Positions 26,026 through 40,291 of a stretch of DNA of 64,000 nt are shown in pieces; the first letter of the stretch is position 1, and every line of letters begins with the position of its first letter. The notes below the pieces were generated by a model. That model was given only the letters and a program-made list of their open reading frames with translations. It was not told where the DNA came from and did not search any database. The position numbers and the translations under genes are program-made. The DNA is taken from positions 26,412,001 through 26,476,000 of the forward strand of contig OZ024764.1 in assembly GCA_964016885.1 (NCBI GenBank), given 5' to 3'. Origin of the DNA: Eledone cirrhosa (taxonomy: Eukaryota).

Positions 26026-26230
26026 AAAAAACTTTGGCTTAAAATCAGGCAAAAGTTTTTTAACAATTTGCCAAGAAAGATAACTCTTGTCTTACTTAAT
26101 CGCAAAAATCGAGTCAAAAATTTTGCGGGTGTGCAGTTTGTTTGGTGTATTTGACTGCTATTTCTAGCATGTATGGACACTTTAGAAATAGCAGCGAAAC
26201 ACGGAAAACATCAGAAAGAAGGATACACAC

Positions 26231-26270
<40 letters not shown>

Positions 26271-26311
26271 GTATATGTATATTTGTGTGTGTGTAACAAA
26301 TTTATTTTTAA

Positions 26312-26776
26312 CCCTTTAGCATTTAAACCGGCTGTATCCAGCCAGAATTTTCTCACCCCTTTCTGTGCAAACTGGCTGCAATTGGCCACTGATACCTACA
26401 ATAAGGTATTGTCCTCAAAACAGATAATATCAACTGTCCAACGATTCTCTCCTAAGACATTCTAACCGTGAAATAAAGTCTTTACCATGAAAATACAATA
26501 GTATATATAGGGTAATGTGAGGTAATGACTTTAATGTGAAAATACAATAGTATATATAGAGTAATGTGAGGTAAAGACTTTAATGTGAAAATACAATAGT
26601 ATATATAGAGTAATGTGAGGTAAAGAGTTTAATGTGAAAATACAATAATATATATAGAGTAATGTGAGGTAAAGACTTTAACGTGAAAATACAATAATAT
26701 ATAGAGAGTAATGTGAGGTAAAGACTTTAATGTGAAAATACAATAATATATATAGAGTAATGTAAATGTTAATGGG
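26312..26776 (-). mobile_element. piggyBac-type MITE with about 5-6 copies of a 49-bp repeat
   Basis: TTAA|CCCTTTAGCATTTA...TAAATGTTAATGGG|TTAA. Confidence 0.85.
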
Positions 26777-28512
26777 TTAAAATCTACACAGGGGACACAG
26801 TAACATATATACCAGAGATACAGTAACACAGAATATAATTTATTGAAAGAAAATGTGAAGAGAATAATGAGAGTTGTCGCCCCTCCCATATTTTCGGTTA
26901 TTAAAAACACATGCGCAATAGACAAGTACCTTACTTCCGTCTTCATCGGATTTAAGAAAAATATATTTCTGAACGTATTCAATAATGTAAGTATTATGTC
27001 TGCTAATATTGTAGACTTACGTTAACACTTCTCACATGAGAAATATTGGTTTTTCTTTCTTTCATTATTGGAAATATAAAACGTTATGGTGAACATGTGT
27101 AATTTAGCCACCTCTAATTAATTAAAGTGGAAACTATTGTTGTTGCTAGTCCGACATTGATATTAGTTCTATTGTCCAGTACTTTGTCTCAAATATCACA
27201 GATTAAACAGATTTTATCAATAACAACACAAATCAATAACTTTAATCTAGATTATTATCTAAACTACGATGTATAATTGTGTTGAAATCTAATGGTCATC
27301 ATTTGCTGTTGACATCTACGACAGATTGTACACTGAAAGACATTAGGTATTTGCAAAGTTTCCTAATATTTGTGACTTCATTTAGTTCCTATATATTTAT
27401 ACCAGACCTTTTATAGATATTATCTTGGTGGCATACTCCTATTTCTTTTATTCATCACATGTCCATACCAGCACAACCCCCCCTGCTCACTGCAGCTGAT
27501 TCCTCTTATGCTTAGTCTCTCTCTCAGTACGTTTATCATTTGCCTTTCACGTATATTACTATTACACCTTAGGATATCAGAGCATGCACCTTACCACCTG
27601 TGGAATAAGCTCAAAGATTCCAAGTAGTAAATCCGAGCATTTATTTACATTAAATATATTTCTTCAATGGAATATATACAAAGGAGATTAATCATTATTT
27701 TAAGGTATCTATATTCAAGGTTCTTGTTAATTTTTGATAGGATACCTCCGTAACTGCGTGTTTACACTCTTTACAAATTATCCCCTGTAATTGTTTGATG
27801 TCTTTATTTTATATATATCATTCGATTTTTAATTTAATGTGTATATATCTATCTATCTATGTATGTATGTTAGCTTTTGTTGATCTATAGAAGGCCTTTG
27901 ACAGAGTACCTTGTTCTGCCATCTGGTGGTCATTAAGGAAACTAGGCATAGAAGAATGGTTTGTAAGAGCAGTACAAGCTATGAACAGAGAAGACATTAG
28001 TAAGGTGAGAGTAGGAAATGAGTTCAGTGAGGAAGTCAAGAGTGCAGCTGGGTGTTCATCAAGGCTCAGTTCTCAGTCCACTTCTTTCCTTTCATCACAG
28101 TTTGTGGCATTATTGATAAATCTTGCTTTCTTTGTCTCTTCTTCTCCACTTACAACATTTTTACTCCATCTACTTTCTGTTGTCTGTCTTCTCTTATAAT
28201 ATATTTTTTTTTAATTTCAGATTATCAGATGACATTGGATTCAAAGAATGTTTTCTTGAGATGTATCATTAATATTTATCATCTTTTAATGAGTAAAAGA
28301 AGTTGATATATCATAGAGATATAATCTTAATTACATATATCTGTCTGTGGTATATTTCTTTTCACCTGAGAGAAATAGCAACATTTCTCTTTTTCACTGT
28401 CTGGAATATTTACAAGAGGATTTTACATTGAAATTAAACTTGGATAAATTTAAGTTGATGGAAATATTACACTAGAAATATTTTTCAACATTATAGGAAC
28501 ATTTGAAATTAA

Positions 28513-29358
<846 letters not shown>

Positions 29359-30689
29359 CCACATCACTGATATCTGTGGTAAATCATTCTCTTAACTAAA
29401 CACACATTCATACAGGAGAGTAACCTCATTACTGATATCTATGGTAAATTATTCACTCACAATTGTGAACTAACAAGCTACAAACATTCATATATGAGAG
29501 ACTCCATATCACTGATATTTGTGGTTAAACGATGATGATGATGTTTGTTTGGAAAGCAGATTTAAGTTAAATCTGCTTTCCAAACAATCACGTCAACTCC
29601 AATCGATATGTGTGTGTGTGTGTATATAAATGCAACTGTGCATACATGTAAGTATGGGTTTATCGAATAATAATAATAATATTTGATTCGTTTATAAGCA
29701 AACTGGCGTACTATAATATGCTGGGCCTTGATGACCGATTTTCATCTGTTTGTTCAACAGTAACATCAAGGAACAATCAACATGTTTCTGGGTTGTTACC
29801 CTTCATCAGGACTGTATACCTCTATGCCACTCGATTGAACAGTTGAAAATATATAATATTTTCTAAAGTATACATCGGCTGATTAGCTTCATTTGCATAC
29901 TGACCGATTTTACAGCTAACCTTGCCGAAAATTAAAAACAAAATTAGAATTTCATTTCTTGCTCTAGCATAGCAAACATAAATGTAAGTATACATATGTA
30001 CATATATACACATATATATATATAGATGTAAATAACATTATAAATAACAATATGCACAGAAATTATAGAGAGACTGTTACACTGTCTTATGTAATCAGTA
30101 AAGTAATCCATGATACATTAAAAAAAGACGATATATATATAAACTGCATCACGGTGAAATGTAATGAAAATGAAAAAGGAGAAAATTATTGACGGAAATA
30201 TAAACGTTTTACGAAGCAAATTTATGAACGTTTATATAAGTGATATCATATAGCGTACGGCTATGTGTGTTATGATATAACGGACGCTAACTGGAAGTGT
30301 AGACATAAATATTTTAAGGCTGGCTGATGGAGAAGCTAAGACACTGAAATAACCAAGCACCCTCATGGACATCTCCTGACACCTTGGTAAGGCTGGGTAA
30401 TGGCGAGGCTAACTAATCACTATTTAGTTATTTGCAACTTGAGGCTCCCTAAAATCAAAGAAGCCCACAAAACTGGCAGGTCCAGGGCAACCTACAGGAT
30501 AAAGTGGGAAGTGTTGATGGATAAAGAAGTCAGGACCAGGTGTGTAGATACTATTGCATCTAAATGTAGAGAACTTCTTAAGCAAATTGAGGACGTAACA
30601 CATCTAAACATAAATACTCATAACTATATATGTATGTTTTTAAATAGTATTTGATGTATGTTTTATTATTTACATCAAGTTATTTTTAA

Positions 30690-31056
30690 CCCTTTAGCAT
30701 TTAAACCGGCTGTATCCGGCCAGAATTTTCTCACCCCTTTCTGTGCAAACTGGCTGCAATTGGCCTCTGATACCTACAATAAGGTATTGTCCTCAAAATA
30801 GATAATATCAACTGTCCAACGATTCTCTCCAAAGACATTCTAACCGTGAAATAAAGTCTTTACCATGAAAATACAATAGTATATATAGGGTAATGTGAGG
30901 TAAAGACTTTAATGTGAAAATACAATAGTATATATAGAGTAATGTGAGGTAAAGACTTTAATGTGAAAATACAATAATATATATAGAGTAATGTGAGGTA
31001 AAGACTTTAATGTGAAAATACAATAATATATATAGAGTAATGTGAATGTTAAAGGG
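30690..31056 (-). mobile_element. piggyBac-type MITE with 49-bp repeats (Helitron-free paralog)
   Basis: TTAA|CCCTTTAGCATT...AATGTTAAAGGG|TTAA. Confidence 0.88.
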
Positions 31057-32633
31057 TTAAAATCTACACAGGAGACACAGTAACATATATACCAGAGATA
31101 CAGTAACAGAATATAATTTATTAAAAGAAAATGTGGAGAGAATAATGAGAGTTGTCCCCCTTCCCATATTTTCGGTTATTAAAAACACATGCGCAATAGA
31201 CAAGTACCTTACTTCCGTCTTCATCGGATTTAAGAAAAATATATTTCTGAAAGTATTCAATAATGTAAGTATTATGTCTGCTAATATTGTAGACTTACGT
31301 TAACACTTCTCACATGAGAAATATTGGTTTTTCTTTCTTTCATTATTGGAAATATAAAACGTTATGGTGAACATGTGTAATTTAGCCACTTCTAATTAAT
31401 TAAAGTGGAAACTATTGTTGTTAGTCAGACATTGATATTAATTCTATTGTCCAGTACATTGTCTCAAATATCACAGATTAAACAGATTTTAACAATAACA
31501 ACACAAATCAATAACTTTAATCTAGATTATTATCTAAACTACGATGTATAATTGTGTTGAAATCTAATGGTCATCATTTGCTGTCCCCATCTACGACACA
31601 TTGTACACTGAAAGACATGAAGTATTTACAAAGTTTCCTAATATGTGTGACTTCATTTAGTTCCTATATATTTATACCAGACCTTTTATAGATATTATCT
31701 TGGTGGCATACTCCTATTTCTTTTATTCATTACATGTCCATACCAGCATCATTATTTTAAGGTATCTATATTCAAGGTTCTTGTTAATTTTTGATAGGTT
31801 ACCTCCGTAACTGTGTGTTTACACTCTTTACAAATTATCCCCTGTAATTGTTTGATGTCTTTATTTTATAAATATCATTCGATTTTTAATTTAATGTGTA
31901 TATATATATATCTAGCTATGTATGTTGGCTTTTGTTGCTCTAGAGAAGGCCTTTGACAGAGTACCTTGTTCTGCCATCTGGTGGTCATTAAGGAAACTAG
32001 GCATAGAAGAATGGTTTGTAAGAGCAGTACAAGCTATGAACAGAGAAGACATTAATAAGGTGAGAGTAGGAAATGAGTTCAGTGAGGAAGTCAAGAGTGC
32101 AGCTGGGTGTTCATCAAGGCTCAGTTCTCAGTCCACTTCTTTCCTTTCATCACAGTTTGTGGCATTATTGATAAATCTTGCTTTCTTTGTCTCTTCTTCT
32201 CCACTTACAACATTTTTACTCCATCTACTTTCTGTTGTCTGTCTTCTTTTATAATATTTTTTTTTTTAATTTCAGATTATCAGATGACATTGGATTCAAA
32301 GAATGTTTTCTTGAGATGTATCATCAATATTTATCATCTTTTAATGAGTAAAAGAAGTTGATATATCAGAGAGATATAATCTTAATTACATATATCTGTC
32401 TGTGGTATATTTCTTTTCACCTGAGAGAAATAGCAACATTTCTCTTTTTCACTGTCTGGAATATTTACAAGAGAATTTTACATTGAAATTAAACTTGGAT
32501 AAATTTAAGTTGATGGAAATATTACACTAGAAATATTTTTCAACATTATAGGAACATTTGAAATTAAAGACAAGAAAAGTATAGAAAAACTAATTATCAG
32601 ATAAACTTTTTTGGGCGATATTTTCTAGAAGAG

Positions 32634-33581
32634 ATGTCAAATGAGGTAGAAAATTTATCTTACTCCTGTGATGTCTGTGGTAAATCATACTCTTCCAGTG
32701 GTGGATTAACAGCGCACAAACGTATCCATACAGAAGAGAAACCATATCACTGCGATATCTGTGGTAAATCATACTCTTCCAGTACTGGATTAACAAGACA
32801 CAAACGTATCCATACAGGAGAGAAGCCATATCACTGTGAAATCTGTGGTAAATCATTCTCTGTAAGTAGTACCTTAACTGTACACAAACGTATCCATACA
32901 GGTGAAAAGCCATATCACTGTGAAATCTGTGGTAAATCATTCTCTGGAAGCAATGATTTACGTAAACATAAACGTGTTCATACAGGAGAGAAACCATATC
33001 ATTGTGATATCTGTGATCAAACATTCTCTCAGAAAATTCATTTAACTACTCACAAACATTTTCATACAGGAGAGAAACTATATCACTGTGATGTTTGTGG
33101 TAAATCATTCTCCGAGAAGGGTAATTTAACTAAACACAAACGCATTCATACCGGAGAGAAACCATTTCACTGTGTATTCTGTGGTAAATCATTTTCTCAA
33201 TATCAGCATTTAACTACTCACAAATATGTTCATACAGGAGAAACACCATATCAATGTGATGTCTGTGGTAAATCATTCTCTGTAAGTAGTATCTTAACTA
33301 ACCACATACGCGTTCATACAGGAGAGAAGCCACATCACTGTGATATTTGTGGTATATCATTTACTCAACGGTCTCAATTAATTACTCACAAACGTATTCA
33401 TACAGGAGAGAAGCCATATCATTGTGATATCTGTGGTAAAACATTTTCTCAGAGAGTGAATTTAGCCACTCACAGACGTATTCATACAGGAGAGAAGCCA
33501 TATCATTGTGATATCTGTGGGAAAACATTTTATGGTAAAAGTGCCTTAAACAAACACAAACGCATTCATACTAAGGAGTAG
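32634..33581 (+). CDS. C2H2 zinc-finger protein D, 11 fingers
   Basis: 315-aa intact ORF of tandem fingers. Confidence 0.95.
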   Translation: MSNEVENLSYSCDVCGKSYSSSGGLTAHKRIHTEEKPYHCDICGKSYSSSTGLTRHKRIHTGEKPYHCEICGKSFSVSSTLTVHKRIHTGEKPYHCEICGKSFSGSNDLRKHKRVHTGEKPYHCDICDQTFSQKIHLTTHKHFHTGEKLYHCDVCGKSFSEKGNLTKHKRIHTGEKPFHCVFCGKSFSQYQHLTTHKYVHTGETPYQCDVCGKSFSVSSILTNHIRVHTGEKPHHCDICGISFTQRSQLITHKRIHTGEKPYHCDICGKTFSQRVNLATHRRIHTGEKPYHCDICGKTFYGKSALNKHKRIHTKE

Positions 33582-33847
33582 CCACATCACTGATATCTGT
33601 GGTAAATCATTCTCTTAACTAAACACACATTCATACAGGAGAGTAACCTCATTACTGATATCTATGGTAAATTATTATACACAGGTATATACACATGTAG
33701 ATATAATACATGTGTAGTGTGTATATTCATATTATACACATGTATATGTAAATATGTTATGCCAAATAAAATTATAAATAACGAAATTGTTAGAGAGACT
33801 GTTACACTGTTTTCTGTAATCAGTAAAGTAATCCATGATGTATTTAA

Positions 33848-35544
33848 CTCTTTAGCATTCACATTACTCTATATATACTATTTTATTGTCAGTGAAGGCT
33901 TTACCTCACATAATATCTCACATAACATTTACATTACTCTATATATACTATTGTATTGTCACAGTAAAGGCTTTACCTCACATAATATCTCACATAACAT
34001 TTACATTACTCTATATATACTATTGTATTGTCACAGTAAAGGCTTTACCTCACATAATATCTCACATAACATTTACATTACTCTATATATACTATTGTAT
34101 TGTCACAGTAAAGGCTTTACCTCACATAATATCTCACATAACATTTACATTACTCTATATATACTATTGTATTGTCACAGTAAAGGCTTTACCTCACATA
34201 ATATCTCACATAACATTTACATTACTCTATATATACTATTTTATTTTCACAGTAAAGGCTTTACCTCACATAATATCTCACATAACATTTACATTACTCT
34301 ATATATACTATTGTATTGTCACAGTAAAGGCTTTACCTCACATAATATCTCACATAACATTTACATTACTCTATATATACTATTGTATTGTCACAGTAAA
34401 GGCTTTACCTCACATAATATCTCACATAACATTTACATTACTCTATATATACTATTGTATTGTCACAGTAAAGGCTTTACCTCACATAATATCTCACATA
34501 ACATTTACATTACTCTATATATACTATTGTATTGTCACAGTAAAGGCTTTACCTCACATAATATCTCACATAACATTTACATTACTCTATATATACTATT
34601 GTATTGTCACAGTAAAGGCTTTACCTCACATAATACCTCACATAACATTTACATTACTCTATATATACTATTGTATTGTCACAGTAAAGGCTTTACCTCA
34701 CATAATATCTCACATAACATTTACATTACTCTATATATACTATTGTATTGTCACAGTAAAGGCTTTACCTCACATAATATCTCACATAACATTTACATTA
34801 CTCTATATATACTATTTTATTTTCACAGTAAAGGCTTTACCTCACATAATATCTCACATAACATTTACATTACTCTATATATACTATTGTATTGTCACAG
34901 TAAAGGCTTTACCTCACATAATATCTCACATAACATTTACATTACTCTATATATACTATTGTATTGTCACAGTAAAGGCTTTACCTCACATAATATCTCA
35001 CATAACATTTACATTACTCTATATATACTATTGTATTGTCACAGTAAAGGCTTTACCTCACATAATACCTCACATAACATTTACATTACTCTATATATAC
35101 TATTGTATTGTCACAGTAAAGGCTTTACCTCACATAATATCTCACATAACATTTACATTACTCTATATATACTATTGTATTGTCACAGTAAAGGCTTTAC
35201 CTCACATAATATCTCACATAACATTTACATTACTCTATATATACTATTGTATTGTCACAGTAAAGGCTTTACCTCACATAATACCTCACATAACATTTAC
35301 ATTACTCTATATATACTATTGTATTGTCACAGTAAAGGCTTTACCTCACATAATATCTCACATAACATTTACATTACTCTATATATACTATTGTATTGTC
35401 ACAGTAAAGGTTTTACCTCACATAATATTGAATCTATGAGATTTTGAAAGTATTTATTTTGAGAACAAAACCTTAACATCAGTTTAAGTGACCAGTTTCA
35501 ACGGGAAAAAGTAGAAAATTCTGGCCAGTTTGAACATTAAAGGG
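33848..35544 (+). mobile_element. piggyBac-type MITE with about 22 copies of the 72-bp repeat
   Basis: TTAA|CTCTTTAGCATT...AACATTAAAGGG|TTAA; paralog of 15726-17588. Confidence 0.85.
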
Positions 35545-35835
35545 TTAAAAAAGACAATATATATATAAATTGCATCACGGTGAACTGTAATGAAAAAGGA
35601 GAAAATTAGTGATGGAAATATAAACGTTATATTACGAAGTAAATTTATGAATGTTTATATAAGTGATATTATATAACGGATTCTAACCGGAAGTGTAGAC
35701 ATTTAAAAATTTTAAAGAAGTGAATCTGAATCTTAAGATACATTGCTTATATATAAGAATATTGATGTTTAATCAAGAGCTATGAAATTTAGTAGATAAA
35801 TTATGTAATATTCATTCATGATTTATTCAAAGTAA

Positions 35836-36200
35836 TGGAGGCACATGGCTTAGTGGTTAGAGCATTGGCCTTGCAATCGGAAGGTTGTGAATTCAATTCT
35901 CAGACTGGGTGATGTTGTTTCCTTGAGCAAGATACTTTATTTCACATTGCTCCAGTTTACTCAGCTGTAGAAATGAGATGACAGAGACTAGGGTCCCTAT
36001 CATTCCACTGCAAAGTGGTCATGGAGGTGCCACGGCAAAAAAGCACCCAGCCCACACTGTAAAGTGAACATGTAGGCGCCATGGAAAAAAAGGACCCACC
36101 ACTCACTGTAAATGAGGTTGGTGTTAGGAAGGGCATCCAGCTGTAGAAATCCAGCCAGAATCAATTCCTGTCCCACCCTTGAAAGCAGGGAAAAGCAGAC
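35836..36200 (+). mobile_element. tRNA-derived SINE, family 2 (duplicate of 17881-18250)
   Basis: Near-identical sequence and flanks. Confidence 0.75.
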
Positions 36201-36416
36201 ATAAAATGATTATGATGAATCCAACTTATTTTACTAACGGGATGAAAAAATATATTCAGGACAGTCCCACACTCCTCCCTTTATTTTATATTAGATTATT
36301 TGATAAACCCAAGAAAAGGACACGTGTGATGGCAACAGTGTGGACAACTGCACCTGAAGATGCTCATGACACACTTGATATATATTCTTAACATAGCTAG
36401 GACCGTATATTATTTA

Positions 36417-38315
36417 CTAGTCTCTACTCCTTGGACTTTGTTGGTCTCATGTCCCCTCCATCAACACACACTCGGTAGAAAGCTGGTCGTCGGAGCTAAA
36501 GTGGCCCTGATTACAGGTCTTAGCATTGAAGCCTTTCAGCTTGAGCCTTGCTGATGCCGACAGAGTTCCTGTGGTAGTTTTGGTAGCACAGGTGACATTT
36601 TATTGTGTTTAGGTACCGGCTAGTGCGGACACAGAGAGCACAACCAGGTGGTGAGCTGGCAACGACCAAGTGTAGAGGGCCAGCTTTGAAATTTGAGCGA
36701 CGGAGTGAACTAGTAAAAGAGGCATGGTATGCAGCATTGGTTCTAACGGTGGGACTAGAATGGAGGTTGGGTGGTGCTAGGGGTGGGCTAACAGTTGTAG
36801 GAGTGGTGGGGGTTTGGTAGGATTAATTTTTACATCTTGAAAAAGCAACATACAATTGTCCAGGGTTAAATACTTGCTCAGGGAGGAACAGACCCACTTT
36901 ATCATGTATTTGACCATGGTTCTTGTTGATTGTCATGGCATATGGCAGTCTTAATGGAAACTGGGGTCTTTCCAAAGTAAAAGGGATGTTGGCACCACTG
37001 GGGGCTAACTTCAGTCTTGGGATCAAAACACACCTGCCCATCAAAGGACCATAGATATGAGAAGCTTTGATAAAATGTTTATGCAGTTCTACTACTTCTA
37101 ATCTTGTGCCATTACATAATCTGTTCTGGATTGAAATATTCCATAGAAGCATTATTATTGATCCTGCTTTTAATTGGAGTTTGTGAGGCGGCATCCCAGA
37201 AGGTGTAATCAAGTTCAGAAGTTCATTTAGCTTTAACCAGGCAGCAAGAGTAGTGTCTCGGTGTCCCTGCATTTCTACTGCAACCTGAGCATTGCCTCTT
37301 TGAAAGTAAACTCTGTTTGTTCTCCAGGTGTGTGGCTAGTCTGTATACTGTATGTGATGTACCATGAAGCTTAAATTCCGAGAGACACGACACTGCTTCT
37401 GGCTGAGACACATACCTGCAACAAAGATAGGTTCTTATTTCATCATCGTTGTGTTGGTTCTGAGCCTCATTAGGTAATGCATTATTCGTTACTTCTATAG
37501 ATGTACAATCATGCCCCATGTAACATATTTAAAGAGGTACTTGACACTTTTTACAGAAGGGCAAACTTCAACATTAATATGTGCACAATATTTCTTAAGC
37601 AAAAAGGCATTAAATGGCACAACATTCCTGTTATCTACTGAATGTCATCCAATTTACACTGCAGTTTCTGTACTCTGGGTATCCATTTAGGTTCAATAAT
37701 GTTTCCTTTCTGTAGGTTTATGGATAGTTCTTTTGGAAAAATCCATTTTGCATAAATGGGGAAAAAGGGTTTCCAGAACCACATGGCCCGTGGATCATAA
37801 ACTTTTAAACCTGCTCATGTAGTACTGGATCATCTTCCAATGCAGGTATTTCTGCTGACACGATTCTGTCAATGTCTTCTCTATTTCTTATCTTGTCTTC
37901 ATTTTTAAGGCTCAGTGTTATCATCTGTTTAGATAATTCATTAAACCATTATACTCATCCACTCACAATTGGGCTTGATTGTTCCTCAAATATTGAAGCC
38001 TGCATCCCTCTACTTTCATATAGGCATCCACTAAATACTGCTAAAATAGTTTACCTGCCCTATATATCGCACTAAATCCTCCTCTATATGCTATACAGTA
38101 TATGTAATACTCCTGCATTGTCAGTCTATTGCAAACACAGGTCCTGCATTCCTCTCCATGTCACTATGCCACCAAAATTCACCATTATGGGTCAGTCGTG
38201 AGGTTCAAGTGGCATGAATTATGTGGTATTTTCTGAGGAGGATGGTCTTTAGGAAAGATGATAATATCTCTTTGTACAGGTGGTGTGCCCTCAATCCCCC
38301 ACAAAACAACAGCTA
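36417..38315 (-). pseudogene. Decayed Helitron Rep/PIF1 relic, copy 2 (truncated at about 38315)
   Basis: GMPPHKLQLKAG...CNGTRL...QFPLRLPYAMTINK...GQLYVAFSR; colinear with 18455-20360. Confidence 0.9.
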
Positions 38316-38318
38316 GAG

Positions 38319-38592
38319 CACTAGAGCATTAGGCGGGTAGCGAAAGTAGCAATAATGGCCCGTGTAAGTGGGCCATCTCTCTATATCGGCTTGTACAGGT
38401 AAGAGAAGAAGGGAGCACCCCCCTCTCTCTGTGCTCCCTGGCAGAAAGGTCGCACACTTTATACGGGGGTGTGTGTGACCCCAAAAGGCTGCCTCTCTAT
38501 TAAGGACTTAATTTTTTATATTCCATTTTAATCACTCGTTAAATGTTTGTACTTGATTTTTGTAAAAAAATCCCCCGCCTAATGCTCTAGTG
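38319..38592. mobile_element. 274-bp MITE with 19-bp TIRs beginning CACTA
   Basis: CACTAGAGCATTAGGCGGG (38319-38337) and CCCGCCTAATGCTCTAGTG (38574-38592); no clear TSD. Confidence 0.7.
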
Positions 38593-40291
38593 GCAAATAA
38601 ATCGCAAAAAAACAAACAATAAATAAATCTATATTTCTTTTAACGGCTAAAAAAAGGGAATGTAAATTTGTTGGAATAGCCTCATACATTGAAGTAAGCA
38701 GCAACTATAGCACGTAAGCAGCATTTAGTCCACTAAAATTGGATATCGCCATTTACTTTCTACTACGAAAAATATATTAACCTTCTCTATGCAGGAAAAT
38801 ACCTTTCCTATTTTCTTTTAAGAAACAAAATATGTATAGCTACAGTTGTATTTTTTTCTTCTCCATTTCTTTCACAACGAAGCACGGCAGCTTCATTTCT
38901 CACACACGTGTGTGAATAAAAAACGTTAAACACTTGGATTTTACTAAATTTTAGGTTGATCAGTTATTGAAACATTTTCTGTATATTTCCCTCCATAATG
39001 TTAGAAATAATTATTTAAACGTTAGGTTTTTTTTTTGCTTCGGCTTAGGGTATGTATGTGCCATAGTATCTCCTGTGGCCAAGTAAGCCCTGGTCATCAT
39101 AAGCTTAGAGGGTGAAAGAAGCAGTTTTAGGTCATATACTTCACATAGCATCTCCTATGGCCACCTAACACCCTGGTCAATGTCCCATAGTTTCTCCCAC
39201 GCTAGCATGGGTCGTTTTGCTTATATATATATATATGTATGTGTGTGCAATTATATTTGTCCATCAATTGTGTATACACAGTTTGAGGTTGGACCTTCGT
39301 AAAGACCTGAAGATTCATCTGTATTGCTGTACGGGTCTGAGACTTGGACACTGGCCAAGAGATTCACTCAGATGGTGGATGGGTGCTAAATATATATATT
39401 TATACACATTTTTCTTTTCCTGAAGTGTGTAGACATTTTTTTTGTATACACACTTATTGGCATTAGTTGTCTTGTTTCTTAGAAGAAATGAAAAAGCAAA
39501 AGTTTGGTTTATTTCACATGTTCGTCGCTAGATAAGGAAGTTTATTTACATTCCTTTGAAGATGTCAGTAATATTTTCCTGTGTAGAGAAGGTTTAATTC
39601 TGTTTCTTAGTAAAAAAGAGAATCAGAAGTATATATGTAAGAGGGCTGACTGACCAAATGGAAAGAAACAATGCAGTTATTAGTAAGGAGAGTTGAAATT
39701 AATGCATGCAAGATTTCACTGTTCTAGCATCACTCCTTCATAGTCAGCCTATGAGCTTTTCAGTTGACCCTCGTTTGTACAGAAGAAGGTTTATATAAGT
39801 GTAACTTTATGTGTGTGTGTAAAGAAGATTTAGTTTTGTTTATTAGACAAAGAAAGTATGTATATATAAATGTAACAGATAGAATGCCTTCATTTCAGCT
39901 GTCTGAATTCAAATCCCATCAAGGCCAACTTTGCCTTTCATCCATTCAAGGTTGATAAAAAAAGTACCAGTCTAGTACTGGGGTGAATTCTTCCTCTACA
40001 CTTCTCTAGAAGAAATCCGCTGTATTCAGACCTGGGCTCTGCCAGGTTTTAAAAAGAGCCCTAGAAACACTGTATGTCAATGCGTTGCCTCTATGACTCC
40101 CTTGGGAGTTACGGGTCCATACATATAACTCTCACAGCTTGGAAGTTCTGTATGTAAGTCTTTAAAAACATTTCATCAGTACACTCAGCTGAGGAGTTAA
40201 TCCTGCGATAGGCCAGTGTCCTATCCAGGGAGAGTCTTATACTCTCAGGCACTTAATTCCAAAGAAACTGGTGAGAAGCTGAGAACAGATT

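Noticed and set aside
33717-35447. Long ORFs of 576 and 517 aa (also 15759-16841 and 21735-22379) with a His-rich 24-aa period
   Set aside because: They are translations of the stop-free 72-bp satellite inside MITEs, open in more than one frame, and broken by frameshifting units in the 15.7-kb array.
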